Positions 48,130 to 57,075 are shown, numbered from the stretch's first letter. The stretch is 64,000 nucleotides of DNA from an uncultured virus (IMG/VR IMGVR_UViG_3300024308_000304) (IMGVR_UViG_3300024308_000304), one strand, 5' to 3'. The notes: a model not told the origin generated them from the sequence alone. Program-made: numbers and translations.

Positions 48130-48739
48130 TTTTTATTTTTACTTCAACCAGACCAGCATTTGTATCCATACCAACAATAGGAAGAACACTGTTCACTGAA
48201 TGAATAATCTTTTCAGATGGAACGCCTTTGCTGAGTAAATAGTTTGTTAAAACCCTTGCTCTTGCTTCAACAACATTGAAATTAGGATCTTTATATTCAC
48301 CTGCTGATTGATAAACAGAAACTGTGAATGTACTAAACTCTTGATCCAATAGATTAATAGCGATTTTGTTTAAAGTATTGTAGGCATAAATAGTTGGTTG
48401 AATAGAGTTACCACCATAACCAAATACATCTACAGTTGGTATATAGATGTAAAGGTCATTACCATTTTTTACAATAGAAGCTGTGCTTTCTGCTAAATCT
48501 TTTCTAAACTCATCTTCTTGTTTTTTCAAGTAGACTGGATCTTTCACTTTACTATTGTTATCAACAACTGGAACAGACTCCACAATAACAGGCTGAGCAT
48601 CTGTTTGTGTCGTATTAACAACGGGTGTATTAATAGTTTCAACAAAAGATCCTTCCGAGAAGCCATCAGTTGTTTTGTATACAGTGTTACAACCACTGCA
48701 TACAATCATTGCAATTAGTAATGAGAGTTTAGTTTTCAC
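48119..48739 (-). CDS. Divergent OmpA C-terminal-like lipoprotein
   Basis: Lipobox VCSG|C; VEARARVLTNYLLSKGV; GTG start. Confidence 0.7.
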   Translation of the reverse strand: MKTKLSLLIAMIVCSGCNTVYKTTDGFSEGSFVETINTPVVNTTQTDAQPVIVESVPVVDNNSKVKDPVYLKKQEDEFRKDLAESTASIVKNGNDLYIYIPTVDVFGYGGNSIQPTIYAYNTLNKIAINLLDQEFSTFTVSVYQSAGEYKDPNFNVVEARARVLTNYLLSKGVPSEKIIHSVNSVLPIVGMDTNAGLVEVKIKNGE

Positions 48740-48741
48740 GA

Positions 48742-49392
48742 TTATTGCCCCTGTGCGTTAATTATCTGTATTTCAACACGACGGTTAGCTTGTTTACCAG
48801 ATTCAGTTGAGTTATCGGCAATTGGTTGTCTTGGGCCATAGCCAACAGCTTGAATTCTGGTTGGGCTTATACCTTGTGCAATCAAATAATTGGCAACGGA
48901 TGAAGCTCGTTGTTCTGAGAGATATTGGTTCTTTTCAAAACTACCAGTATTATCTGTGTGACCAACTACTACAATAGTGCTTTTATTGTATTCTTTCAAT
49001 GTTGTTGCAATAGAGTTAAGGGTTGGGTAGAAACCAGAAGATAGATTTGCATTTGCTGAATCAAATGTAATGTTACCCGGCATTATAAGATGTAGGTTCT
49101 CACCTTCACGTTGTACTTGAACACCAGTACCTTGAAGCTGCTCTCTCAATTTCTTTTCTTGAACATCAGTGTAATAACCATAACCTGCACCGGCTGCACC
49201 ACCAACGGCTGCACCAATCAATGCACCTTTTTTACCACCTGCTAAAGCACCAACGGCTGCACCACCAAGAGCACCAAAACCACCATATTTTGCAGATTTT
49301 GCTGCTTGGCTTTCACCAGTGTAAGGATTTTGTGTACAACCTGTAACTAAAAGTGCTGCTGCGAGTGCTGATATAATAAATGTCTTTTTCAT
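48742..49392 (-). CDS. OmpA-family lipoprotein with glycine zipper (YiaD-like)
   Basis: LVTG|C; GAAVGALAGG repeats; GHTDNTG, LSEQRA, NRRVEI; start at ATG 49392 (AGGAG SD). Confidence 0.9.
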   Translation of the reverse strand: MKKTFIISALAAALLVTGCTQNPYTGESQAAKSAKYGGFGALGGAAVGALAGGKKGALIGAAVGGAAGAGYGYYTDVQEKKLREQLQGTGVQVQREGENLHLIMPGNITFDSANANLSSGFYPTLNSIATTLKEYNKSTIVVVGHTDNTGSFEKNQYLSEQRASSVANYLIAQGISPTRIQAVGYGPRQPIADNSTESGKQANRRVEIQIINAQGQ

Positions 49393-49408
49393 AGTTGCTC
49401 CTATATTG

Positions 49409-49960
49409 TTAATTATTTTGTAACTCATTTTCAATGTCTATTTCTACTCTTCTATTTTTGCGTCTATTTTCTTCCGTTTCGTTATCATATAACGGTTGTT
49501 TGGAAGCAACACCAAAATAAGTAATGTTTGTTTCTTTGATACCTTTTTTCACAAAATAGTCTTTAATAGCAAAAGCCTTATCTGACGTTTTGTTTATATT
49601 ATCAAAATAATTCCCTTGATTGTCCGAATGGACTATAATTCTAACTTTACTGAGATCACTTAACAAAGCAGTGCTCGCAATATTATTGAGCTTCCTTTCA
49701 AAATCTTTTTTTATGATACTCGAATTTTGTTCAAATACAAGATCATCTTGAATTGTTAACAGCACACTTGAACTGTTGCGATCAACACTTAAACCATCAG
49801 AAGCTAATTCCTGATGAAATTTATTATAAATGTAGCTTGAAAACATTTCTGGTTTTATTTGCCCTGCTGATATATATGATTCATTATTCATTACAATATC
49901 ATTAGAAACACAACCTTGAATCAAAACAGCCACTCCCAAAATTAAAATCTTTTTAAACAT
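49409..49960 (-). CDS. OmpA C-terminal-like lipoprotein
   Basis: LIQG|C; VHSDNQG; NRRKNRRVEI; start at ATG 49960 (GGAGG SD). Confidence 0.8.
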   Translation of the reverse strand: MFKKILILGVAVLIQGCVSNDIVMNNESYISAGQIKPEMFSSYIYNKFHQELASDGLSVDRNSSSVLLTIQDDLVFEQNSSIIKKDFERKLNNIASTALLSDLSKVRIIVHSDNQGNYFDNINKTSDKAFAIKDYFVKKGIKETNITYFGVASKQPLYDNETEENRRKNRRVEIDIENELQNN

Positions 49961-49970
49961 ATTACCTCCA

Positions 49971-50567
49971 TTAACAGACTTTACCACCATGTTTATGTGG
50001 TCTATTTACATTATAAGCATGTTTGATAGATAGTAATTTTTCTATATCCCACTGCTTTAAATAAAATATTCTTGCTATTTTAACAATAGTATCAGATAAA
50101 TGCAAGAAAATTGTTCCTTCATCTTTACCGTCTAAATAGGACTTTCCAGCCTGAGCAATAGAAATGCTGACAGACAGTTGATATTCTAAATCATCATGAA
50201 CATTTTCTAATTCCTGATAACATTTAATATTATTCAAATCAGATACTGCATGCATCAAATCTTTCAATGTTTCAATCTTATTGTATTCAACAAAAAAACG
50301 CTGGTTAATTAGGCTTGCTAAATCAATTTCACAATAGCCAGAGTAATCAAATATTCTTATTAAGACATCAATTAACTCTATTGATTGTCCTTCTGGCTTA
50401 TCACCCACCATATAGAAATCATCTTTAGCTGATCTAAACTCTTCTGTTGCCTCTGATACTTCACTTAGCATCAACTGAAAACGCTCTGTTGCTTTTGTTG
50501 CTCTTTCATAGAACCCTTTATTAACAGCATTCTGATATGCCTGTGAAACACATGCTTGAATTTTCAT
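49971..50567 (-). CDS. MazG-like nucleotide pyrophosphohydrolase
   Basis: SEVSEATEEFR, ELIDVLIRIFD, KHAYNVNRPHKHGGK. Confidence 0.8.
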   Translation of the reverse strand: MKIQACVSQAYQNAVNKGFYERATKATERFQLMLSEVSEATEEFRSAKDDFYMVGDKPEGQSIELIDVLIRIFDYSGYCEIDLASLINQRFFVEYNKIETLKDLMHAVSDLNNIKCYQELENVHDDLEYQLSVSISIAQAGKSYLDGKDEGTIFLHLSDTIVKIARIFYLKQWDIEKLLSIKHAYNVNRPHKHGGKVC

Positions 50568-50690
50568 TGTAAATCCTCTTTTTATTCAAAATAATGTACA
50601 ACCTGTTCATTATTTGTCAAATTTGAAGACTACTGTTTGACTATGATTATTTTTTATTATATAATAGTTAATCAAAATATAGGTATTGAA

Positions 50691-51380
50691 ATGAGCAAAT
50701 TATTCATTAAATCACTGACAGTTAGCCCTGATTGGGAGGATGAAGAAGTTAATTATACTATGCATTCTGTTTTGAAGAATGAAAAGGATAATTTTCAAGA
50801 TGGTATTATTGCAACTAATTCTTATAAAAGTAAACTGTTTGGCAAAGCCTATGTTGTAGAATTCAACAAAAAAAAACATGAAGAATTTGAAAATCATATA
50901 GTTGAAATTAATAATACAAATCAGAAGATACATGATGCAAGATTCTTTTATATTAAGTTACTTGAACAATTAAAAATAATTGATAAAGAGTATTGTGAAG
51001 ATTTACTGGCTATTGATTTAACTGTTCCTGTATTTTCAATTTTTATGGGAAATAAAAATCATTCACTACTTTGTAAAAATGAATATGTTTTTTTTGAAGA
51101 CATAGGTAAAATTTTGCATGGATTAAAAATTGAGTTTAATGTATATACTTATAAATTTTTCATTACTATTTTTGATTATGATGGATTAGAAGTCATACAA
51201 TTACTAAATAATGCAAAATATTTAGGTAAAATGGATAACATAGAAGAAATTCTTAAAAAATTGATGACAGATAAACTTGCACAGAAATACACAAAAGAGC
51301 TTGGATATAAAGTAACAGAAGAAGACATTGAAGAAAGAGTTGATGATTTCAATGCACTAATTGAAATGCGGAGAATATGA
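50691..51380 (+). CDS. Hypothetical protein, MxxI family
   Basis: AGGT SD before ATG 50691; ends DDFNALIEMRRI. Confidence 0.7.
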   Translation: MSKLFIKSLTVSPDWEDEEVNYTMHSVLKNEKDNFQDGIIATNSYKSKLFGKAYVVEFNKKKHEEFENHIVEINNTNQKIHDARFFYIKLLEQLKIIDKEYCEDLLAIDLTVPVFSIFMGNKNHSLLCKNEYVFFEDIGKILHGLKIEFNVYTYKFFITIFDYDGLEVIQLLNNAKYLGKMDNIEEILKKLMTDKLAQKYTKELGYKVTEEDIEERVDDFNALIEMRRI

Positions 51381-52472
51381 ATGTATACAATAAATTTTGA
51401 AAAATACGCCAGCAAAGATGAGTTTTTTAATGTAAGCAGTAGGCCAAAGCCAGGGTCAGAGTTGGAAGCTTTTTTTGAATACTCAAAATCTTTATTTTTA
51501 AAGTCATTTGATTATGCAGAAGATAAACTAACATTACAAAGAAATATGAATATTTATGCTGATGAAAGACATATTATAATTAATTCTTATTATCAAAAGA
51601 AAATGTCCTTACTTGAATTAGGTAAATTGGCAGCAGCAGGCGATCCAGCGGCTCACAAACGTGGTGAAATTTTCAATTTTAGCATGAGATTTTCAAAAAA
51701 TTACAGTAAATTTCCAACATCTAAAATATATGGATTTAAAGAAAATTTAGAACAAGCTCCCAATATTTTACTGTCAAAAGAGAAATTTAAGGAAAGTTAC
51801 AAATCGGATTTAATTCCAGAATATAACTATTCAATCGACATAACTGGTAATGGCTCTGAATCTTTACACAAAAAGTACAACATTGTGTATGAAGAAAAAA
51901 TAAACCCAATTGCAAATTTCTGTATAGATGAAATAATAAATATCTTTTCAAAGTATGGTGAAGTAACAGAAAGAAAACGTAAGAATAAATATCTTGATGG
52001 AGAAAATAATACAATTCGTTCATTCTTTATAAAAAATACAATTTGCTTTAATTTTGAGATACACCAAACAAAAGAATACCGAATAAATAAAGCTGGTAAT
52101 ATTTCACCCTGTTTAAAAATTACATGTAAATTAGATCAATCAGAACTAACATCCAAACAGATACGAAAAAAAGATGGAACTTTTGAATCTAAAGAATATT
52201 ACATTCCGTATATGGGTAAAAATTGTAAACATTTTTCAGTTGAAGTACGTGAATTTGATTTCTTAAAAACACCAAACTATTATGCTATTTCAATGACACC
52301 ACATGGTTATTTAAGATTGAAGAAAACATATTCAAAAGATTTTTTCAAAAAAATTATATTCCATTATCAATTTAAAAAATATTTTGAAAAGTATGAAGTA
52401 GAGATGAACTTTGAAGAATTAGAAGAAGATCCACAAGTATTTTTTGATCTTGTTTCTATGCTTCAATTTTGA
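51381..52472 (+). CDS. Hypothetical protein, MxxF family
   Basis: 363 aa; ends QVFFDLVSMLQF. Confidence 0.75.
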   Translation: MYTINFEKYASKDEFFNVSSRPKPGSELEAFFEYSKSLFLKSFDYAEDKLTLQRNMNIYADERHIIINSYYQKKMSLLELGKLAAAGDPAAHKRGEIFNFSMRFSKNYSKFPTSKIYGFKENLEQAPNILLSKEKFKESYKSDLIPEYNYSIDITGNGSESLHKKYNIVYEEKINPIANFCIDEIINIFSKYGEVTERKRKNKYLDGENNTIRSFFIKNTICFNFEIHQTKEYRINKAGNISPCLKITCKLDQSELTSKQIRKKDGTFESKEYYIPYMGKNCKHFSVEVREFDFLKTPNYYAISMTPHGYLRLKKTYSKDFFKKIIFHYQFKKYFEKYEVEMNFEELEEDPQVFFDLVSMLQF

Positions 52473-52512
52473 TTGACAAAAATGAAATAATATGATTAAA
52501 TAAGTAAATTAT

Positions 52513-52670
52513 TAGGAGATTTCACCATGTAAAACAAATATACACGCTAACATAATGACGAACGCATTAAAAGACAACCGTCCAACATCAGATAGCTATC
52601 TGTGTAAACGTCTGTCCAAAACTAAAACGCCAGTTAATATGTTGGTTAATATTTGTTTATGGAGAAATTT
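52513..52670 (+). promoter_or_regulatory. 5' leader with SD-led start-stop minigene (ATG TAA at 52527-52532)
   Basis: TAGGAGATTTCACC-ATG-TAA downstream of TTGACA (52473); hairpin CAGATAG/CTATCTG; CCAACAT/ATGTTGG complement. Confidence 0.5.
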
Positions 52671-53468
52671 ATGTATAAAAGTTTTAAGAAGTCCCTCTGC
52701 AATTCCTCATTAAAAGAATTTAATAAAAAATTCTACAAAAAATATGGTTTCGAAATATATCATGAAGATTTTTATGGTTGCGGGCCATTTTGTGATTGTC
52801 ATGATTATTATGATGATGATCATTTGTCTGATGATTGGTATAATAATGAATTTGATTATGTTATGTCTCGTACACATATGTTTTATGAGAACGTAGATGT
52901 ATTGTCAAAGTTTTTCAAACCTGAATTTCTTGAAAGATTAAAAAACGATAAAAGTATTGAATTTAATGTTGTTGAAGCATTTTTTGACATTGAAATCGAT
53001 GATCTTATAGAAGGTTATAATTCAGAATATTTAAATAGTTTCTTTGATGAAAAAAATAAATATGGTTTAAAAATAAAAGCCAATATCAGATATAAAGATT
53101 ATGATTTCACGCAAGTGTCAGTTGTAAATATTTGCATAAAAAATCCATTCGAAGAATCATCAAGATATAGATCTTATTATGATTTCAATATTTTTCAAGG
53201 TAAGCATACTTATCTTAGAGAGCATAGTCTTGATTTTATATTAAGAAGAATGATTAAGAAAAATACCTATAGAAGAAAGAAACAATATTTGAGTCTCATA
53301 ACAGAAGAAGAACCATGTCCAATCTGGTGTGAGACAAACGAAGAATGTTTGATGTATTATTTGTTGACAGAGAGTGGTTTAGATGAAAAGGTTTTTGAAT
53401 CTTTTGAAATTAAAGAGTTGGTAAAAGAAAAAGAGATTATGGAAGTGTTTATGATGTACTTAAATTAA
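52671..53468 (+). CDS. Hypothetical protein with Cys/His/Asp-rich N-terminal patch, MxxN family
   Basis: GGAG SD; GCGPFCDCHDYYDDDH; ends IMEVFMMYLN. Confidence 0.75.
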   Translation: MYKSFKKSLCNSSLKEFNKKFYKKYGFEIYHEDFYGCGPFCDCHDYYDDDHLSDDWYNNEFDYVMSRTHMFYENVDVLSKFFKPEFLERLKNDKSIEFNVVEAFFDIEIDDLIEGYNSEYLNSFFDEKNKYGLKIKANIRYKDYDFTQVSVVNICIKNPFEESSRYRSYYDFNIFQGKHTYLREHSLDFILRRMIKKNTYRRKKQYLSLITEEEPCPIWCETNEECLMYYLLTESGLDEKVFESFEIKELVKEKEIMEVFMMYLN

Positions 53469-53469
53469 G

Positions 53470-53492
53470 AAACAGGCTTCGGCCTGTTTTTT
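53470..53492. terminator. Bidirectional intrinsic terminator
   Basis: AAACAGGC-TTCG-GCCTGTTTTTT. Confidence 0.8.
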
Positions 53493-54066
53493 AATTTTGT
53501 AATATAGGAATCATTATTTTTTGTTTATCATTAAGCTCATTGTTAAGGACACCTAAAAGAACAGAATGTTTATCACCCTTTTTACTTTTCAAAGCATTAT
53601 TATAATTAATTTGTCTTTCAACTATATCAGAAAGATTGAAAATTTCTTTTTTATTACCATTTTTGATAAATTTGTCAGATTTCTTAATCAGTTTTTTTGT
53701 GGCTCTAATATTTCTTAAATTCTCAAAATCAATTCTCTTATCTACTTGATGAAGTATAAAAGCAATAGCCAATATAATGGCAACAATACTTAAAAAATAG
53801 ATGATACCAGAGAAATCATAATTAATAGTTTCATGTTTTTCAATAATAGGTTTATTTTCTTGAATTGTTTGTGTGTTTTTAACAGGAATTTCATTGATTT
53901 TACCAACATGATATTCTTTGATGGTTTTCATTTCAGCAGTTTTTTCTGTTTTTTGCGAATATGGGTTTTGGCTTTTCTGATTATCAGTAGGCGTATACAT
54001 TAATGCTGTCATACTCAAAAAACATACCATAGCTATAGACATAATAGCAATAATTAAAGGGAACAT
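53491..54066 (-). CDS. 2-TM protein, paralog 1 of a tandem trio
   Basis: AGGAG SD before ATG 54066; C-terminal QIxYNxxL..L..LNxxL motif. Confidence 0.7.
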   Translation of the reverse strand: MFPLIIAIMSIAMVCFLSMTALMYTPTDNQKSQNPYSQKTEKTAEMKTIKEYHVGKINEIPVKNTQTIQENKPIIEKHETINYDFSGIIYFLSIVAIILAIAFILHQVDKRIDFENLRNIRATKKLIKKSDKFIKNGNKKEIFNLSDIVERQINYNNALKSKKGDKHSVLLGVLNNELNDKQKIMIPILQN

Positions 54067-54145
54067 ATTGACTCCTAATAAAATAAATAAGTCTTTATAA
54101 AATTTATCATTAATATTAAGAAAATCAATAATATTATAATTATTT

Positions 54146-54553
54146 TTAATGTTTTGCAATGTCTTCAATAAGATTGGTTTCAAGAATTAAAAGACTATTT
54201 TTTAATTGAATATTTGCTGCTTTTAAATGAACGGACTCTACATTTTGAAAATGTTCAATTAAAAGCTCATTTAATATAACCTGTCTGTGCATTTCATTCG
54301 TTAAATCAAATGTATTATTATCCAGATTAATTTTTTTGCAATCCTCAATATAGTCTTTAGTTTTTCCCATAGCAATTTTTAAATCCCTATTCTTGTAAAA
54401 ATATGATTTTATCTTATTCAAAATAGAAAAATTATCTACAGCTACATATAAATAAACAAAAATACAAAACATTACAATGAAAAAAAATATACTAATTTTT
54501 GAAAATAAAATAAAATCATTTTTCCAACTATCCATAATTTCAAAAATAGGCAT
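54146..54553 (-). CDS. 1-TM protein, paralog 2 of the trio
   Basis: MHRQVILNELLIE..L..ANIQLKNSL. Confidence 0.7.
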   Translation of the reverse strand: MPIFEIMDSWKNDFILFSKISIFFFIVMFCIFVYLYVAVDNFSILNKIKSYFYKNRDLKIAMGKTKDYIEDCKKINLDNNTFDLTNEMHRQVILNELLIEHFQNVESVHLKAANIQLKNSLLILETNLIEDIAKH

Positions 54554-55311
54554 TATAAGATTACCTTCATTTCATTTACACAATTATCATCAATAGCACT
54601 CAGTGCATTTTTTAATTTTTGATTATTTACTACCAAATCAATAGTTGAAAGTTTATCAACATTTTCAATAAGTAAATCATTTATAGTAATCTGGTCATGC
54701 ATTTTTTGTGATAAAGTTAAATTATTTGTAAGGTTAGACTCTTTAGAAATTAACGTTAATAATTGGCTTGTATTTTTTAATTCAAGTTTAATTCTTTTAT
54801 TGGGTCTACTGAAAATAAATTTAAGTATTCTTTTGGTATAATGTATACCTAAACTAAATAAAAAGAAACCTACAACAGAAGCAATTATATAAGTAAAAAC
54901 TGGATTATAATCATATGCATAAAAAGCAAATGGAGCAGTAAACAAAGTTATAACAATAATATGAGATAAAAAGAGCGTCTTTTTTGATTCAGTGGAAATT
55001 TTATTTTCTTGTTGTAGTGTTTTTTTTGGAACTTTAATTTTTTCTATAGAAGAATTAACAGAAACAGGATGATCATCAGAATGTTTATCACAGTCGTCGT
55101 AATAGTAATCAGAATAATCATTAAATTCTGCATTCATATCTTCACAAGCGAAAGAAAAAGAAATATCATTATCACAATATTCATTATCGTAATCAAAGTT
55201 TAAAGATTTCTGATTTTTATGGTTTTTATATGATTTGGACTTTTTATAGTAATAAAAACGATCATGACTAAATTTATTATTATGATTTTGATACCTAAAA
55301 AGTTTGGACAT
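54553..55311 (-). CDS. 2-TM protein, paralog 3 of the trio
   Basis: MHDQITINDLLIE..L..NNQKLKNAL. Confidence 0.7.
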   Translation of the reverse strand: MSKLFRYQNHNNKFSHDRFYYYKKSKSYKNHKNQKSLNFDYDNEYCDNDISFSFACEDMNAEFNDYSDYYYDDCDKHSDDHPVSVNSSIEKIKVPKKTLQQENKISTESKKTLFLSHIIVITLFTAPFAFYAYDYNPVFTYIIASVVGFFLFSLGIHYTKRILKFIFSRPNKRIKLELKNTSQLLTLISKESNLTNNLTLSQKMHDQITINDLLIENVDKLSTIDLVVNNQKLKNALSAIDDNCVNEMKVIL

Positions 55312-55396
55312 AGCACATCACCTTTAAAATGATTCTATAATAACAAAATGCTAAAAATCTGTCAATCAAAAAAATAATTTAAAAAATAAAAAAAGC

Positions 55397-55425
55397 TTGC
55401 ATTATTTTTTTAAATCGTGTAGAAT
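55397..55425 (+). promoter_or_regulatory. Sigma70-type promoter of the Pth2 operon
   Basis: TTGCAT-17 nt-TAGAAT. Confidence 0.6.
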
Positions 55426-55458
55426 TGTAATCGTGAACACAAAATAGGAGGATTCACC

Positions 55459-55923
55459 ATGTTGTAGATTGATAAAGAAAATAACGTTAAGCAAATCACT
55501 AAAGAAGAAATTCTGTCACAATACACTCAAAATGTCCCTTCGGACAAAGAAAACCATCATTACATTTACGCAATTATTAGGGCTGACCTTGATATGCCAG
55601 CAGGTAAAATGTCTGCACAAGCAGGACATGCATTTACTGATGCATTAGCTGTGTCTCAAGAATCTCATCCTGAAAAATATGCGAAATATCGTAATAGACA
55701 ATCTGGTGGTTCTAAAGTCACTCTTAAAGCCAAAAATGAAAATCAACTCATTAAAGCTTTCAATGAAGCATTAATGGCTGGATTGCCATGTTCAATCATT
55801 GTCGATCAAGACCATATTATGCCTCCACACTTTACTGGCGAACCTATTATCACTGCTCTTGGAATTGGTCCTTGTACCAAGGAAGAAGCTCGTCAAATTA
55901 CTAAGAAATTCCAATGTGTTTAA
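55459..55923 (+). CDS. pth2: Peptidyl-tRNA hydrolase, Pth2 family; true start upstream of an in-frame TAG at codon 3 (55465-55467)
   Basis: AGGAGG SD, then ATG TTG TAG, then an open frame through YIYAIIRADLDMPAGKMSAQAGHA ... KVTLK ... TALGIGP. Confidence 0.85.
55463..55481 (+). repeat. 19-nt direct repeat TGTAGATTGATAAAGAAAA, copy 1 (spans the in-frame TAG)
   Basis: Identical to 57080-57098. Confidence 0.9.
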
Positions 55924-55933
55924 GGAGAATAAT

Positions 55934-57049
55934 ATGATTAATGATTATGATAAAAAAGTAAAATTAATAAATGAACTATCAAAATCGATAGGAGATCATG
56001 GCTTCAATAGATTGATGTTATTAATCAAATCAGAAGATGATTGGGATGGGCAGAATGCTGCCCAAATGAAATATTCATCATTAGAAGCAATGGCTGATTT
56101 CCTGAAAGATAAATCTATACCACATGCTGTTGGTTATTTTCTAGATTATGAAGGTAATGTAGTTATAAATTGGATACTTGATGGCTCAACTGTTGATGTG
56201 TCATTTGAAGATAAAGGTATTTCTTTATATATGGATGGTTTAGATGATGGGATATATCTAACAAAATCTATAATTAAAGAACTAAATCTATATAATCCAA
56301 AAGAGGCAATTGCACCGTATTTAAATAAACTTGAACTGGTTTCAAGAATGCAAGACTACATAACAGATAAAGCATTCAAGTCATTATTGAATACAGCAAC
56401 AGTTAAAGATGGTTGGGGTGAACATGATGATGAAAAAGCAATATCAATTGAATCATTGGAGTCTTTAATAATGCTTTTCCAAGAATTTGAAAAAGAAGAA
56501 GTCTTAGACCTATATTTTTACCCAATATCAGATGGTAGCTTTGAAGCATTCTGGAAAGTAGATGGGGTTTCTCATGAAATTGCATTTACAAAACATGGAA
56601 TAGAATTTTATATCTATCCATTTGATGATTTTATAATTGTAGATCGTGCAAGTTTTTCAAAATATAACAAATTAAGTGATTTTTTAAAAGGAGAAAAAAA
56701 CATGAAAAAAATGATAGCAAGTTTCAAAAACCACATAGTAACAAACAAACCGTACAAAAATGAATATGGTCATAAAGTTAAAGCAGTAACTCTTGAAGAT
56801 CATGTGCTGTATGCATTATTGAGAAAGAAAGCTGATTATAGGAAGTGTGCTGATAAACCTGAGAAAGCTGTTAAGCATGCAAAAAACTTTGTAGATGTTT
56901 TGAATTCTTTCCAAAAAGTTGGAGAGCAATATAGGTCTAAACATCCACATAATCTTTACTTTAAAGAGCGTTTAGGAGTTGACCTAACACCTGAATTTGT
57001 GGTAGAATTAACCTCGTTGATTGAGGAACAAATTAACAAATTTAACTAA
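55934..57049 (+). CDS. Hypothetical protein with two repeated domains and a possible internal start at 56702
   Basis: AAGGAG SD before ATG 55934; DDWDG..A..SSLE and DGWG..A..ESLE repeats; second AAGGAG SD before in-frame ATG 56702. Confidence 0.7.
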   Translation: MINDYDKKVKLINELSKSIGDHGFNRLMLLIKSEDDWDGQNAAQMKYSSLEAMADFLKDKSIPHAVGYFLDYEGNVVINWILDGSTVDVSFEDKGISLYMDGLDDGIYLTKSIIKELNLYNPKEAIAPYLNKLELVSRMQDYITDKAFKSLLNTATVKDGWGEHDDEKAISIESLESLIMLFQEFEKEEVLDLYFYPISDGSFEAFWKVDGVSHEIAFTKHGIEFYIYPFDDFIIVDRASFSKYNKLSDFLKGEKNMKKMIASFKNHIVTNKPYKNEYGHKVKAVTLEDHVLYALLRKKADYRKCADKPEKAVKHAKNFVDVLNSFQKVGEQYRSKHPHNLYFKERLGVDLTPEFVVELTSLIEEQINKFN

Positions 57050-57075
57050 TATTTTATCTAATAGGAGATATAACC

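Noticed and set aside
52555..52713. 52-aa ORF MTNALKDNRP... in another frame of the 52513-52670 leader
   Set aside because: No SD at suitable spacing, and it overlaps the start of the downstream gene; not supportable as a CDS, although re-initiation cannot be excluded.
55799..55933. ORF-track N-terminal extension of the 55934-57049 gene overlapping Pth2
   Set aside because: TTG start without SD inside the Pth2 coding region; ATG 55934 has a strong AAGGAG SD just after the Pth2 stop.
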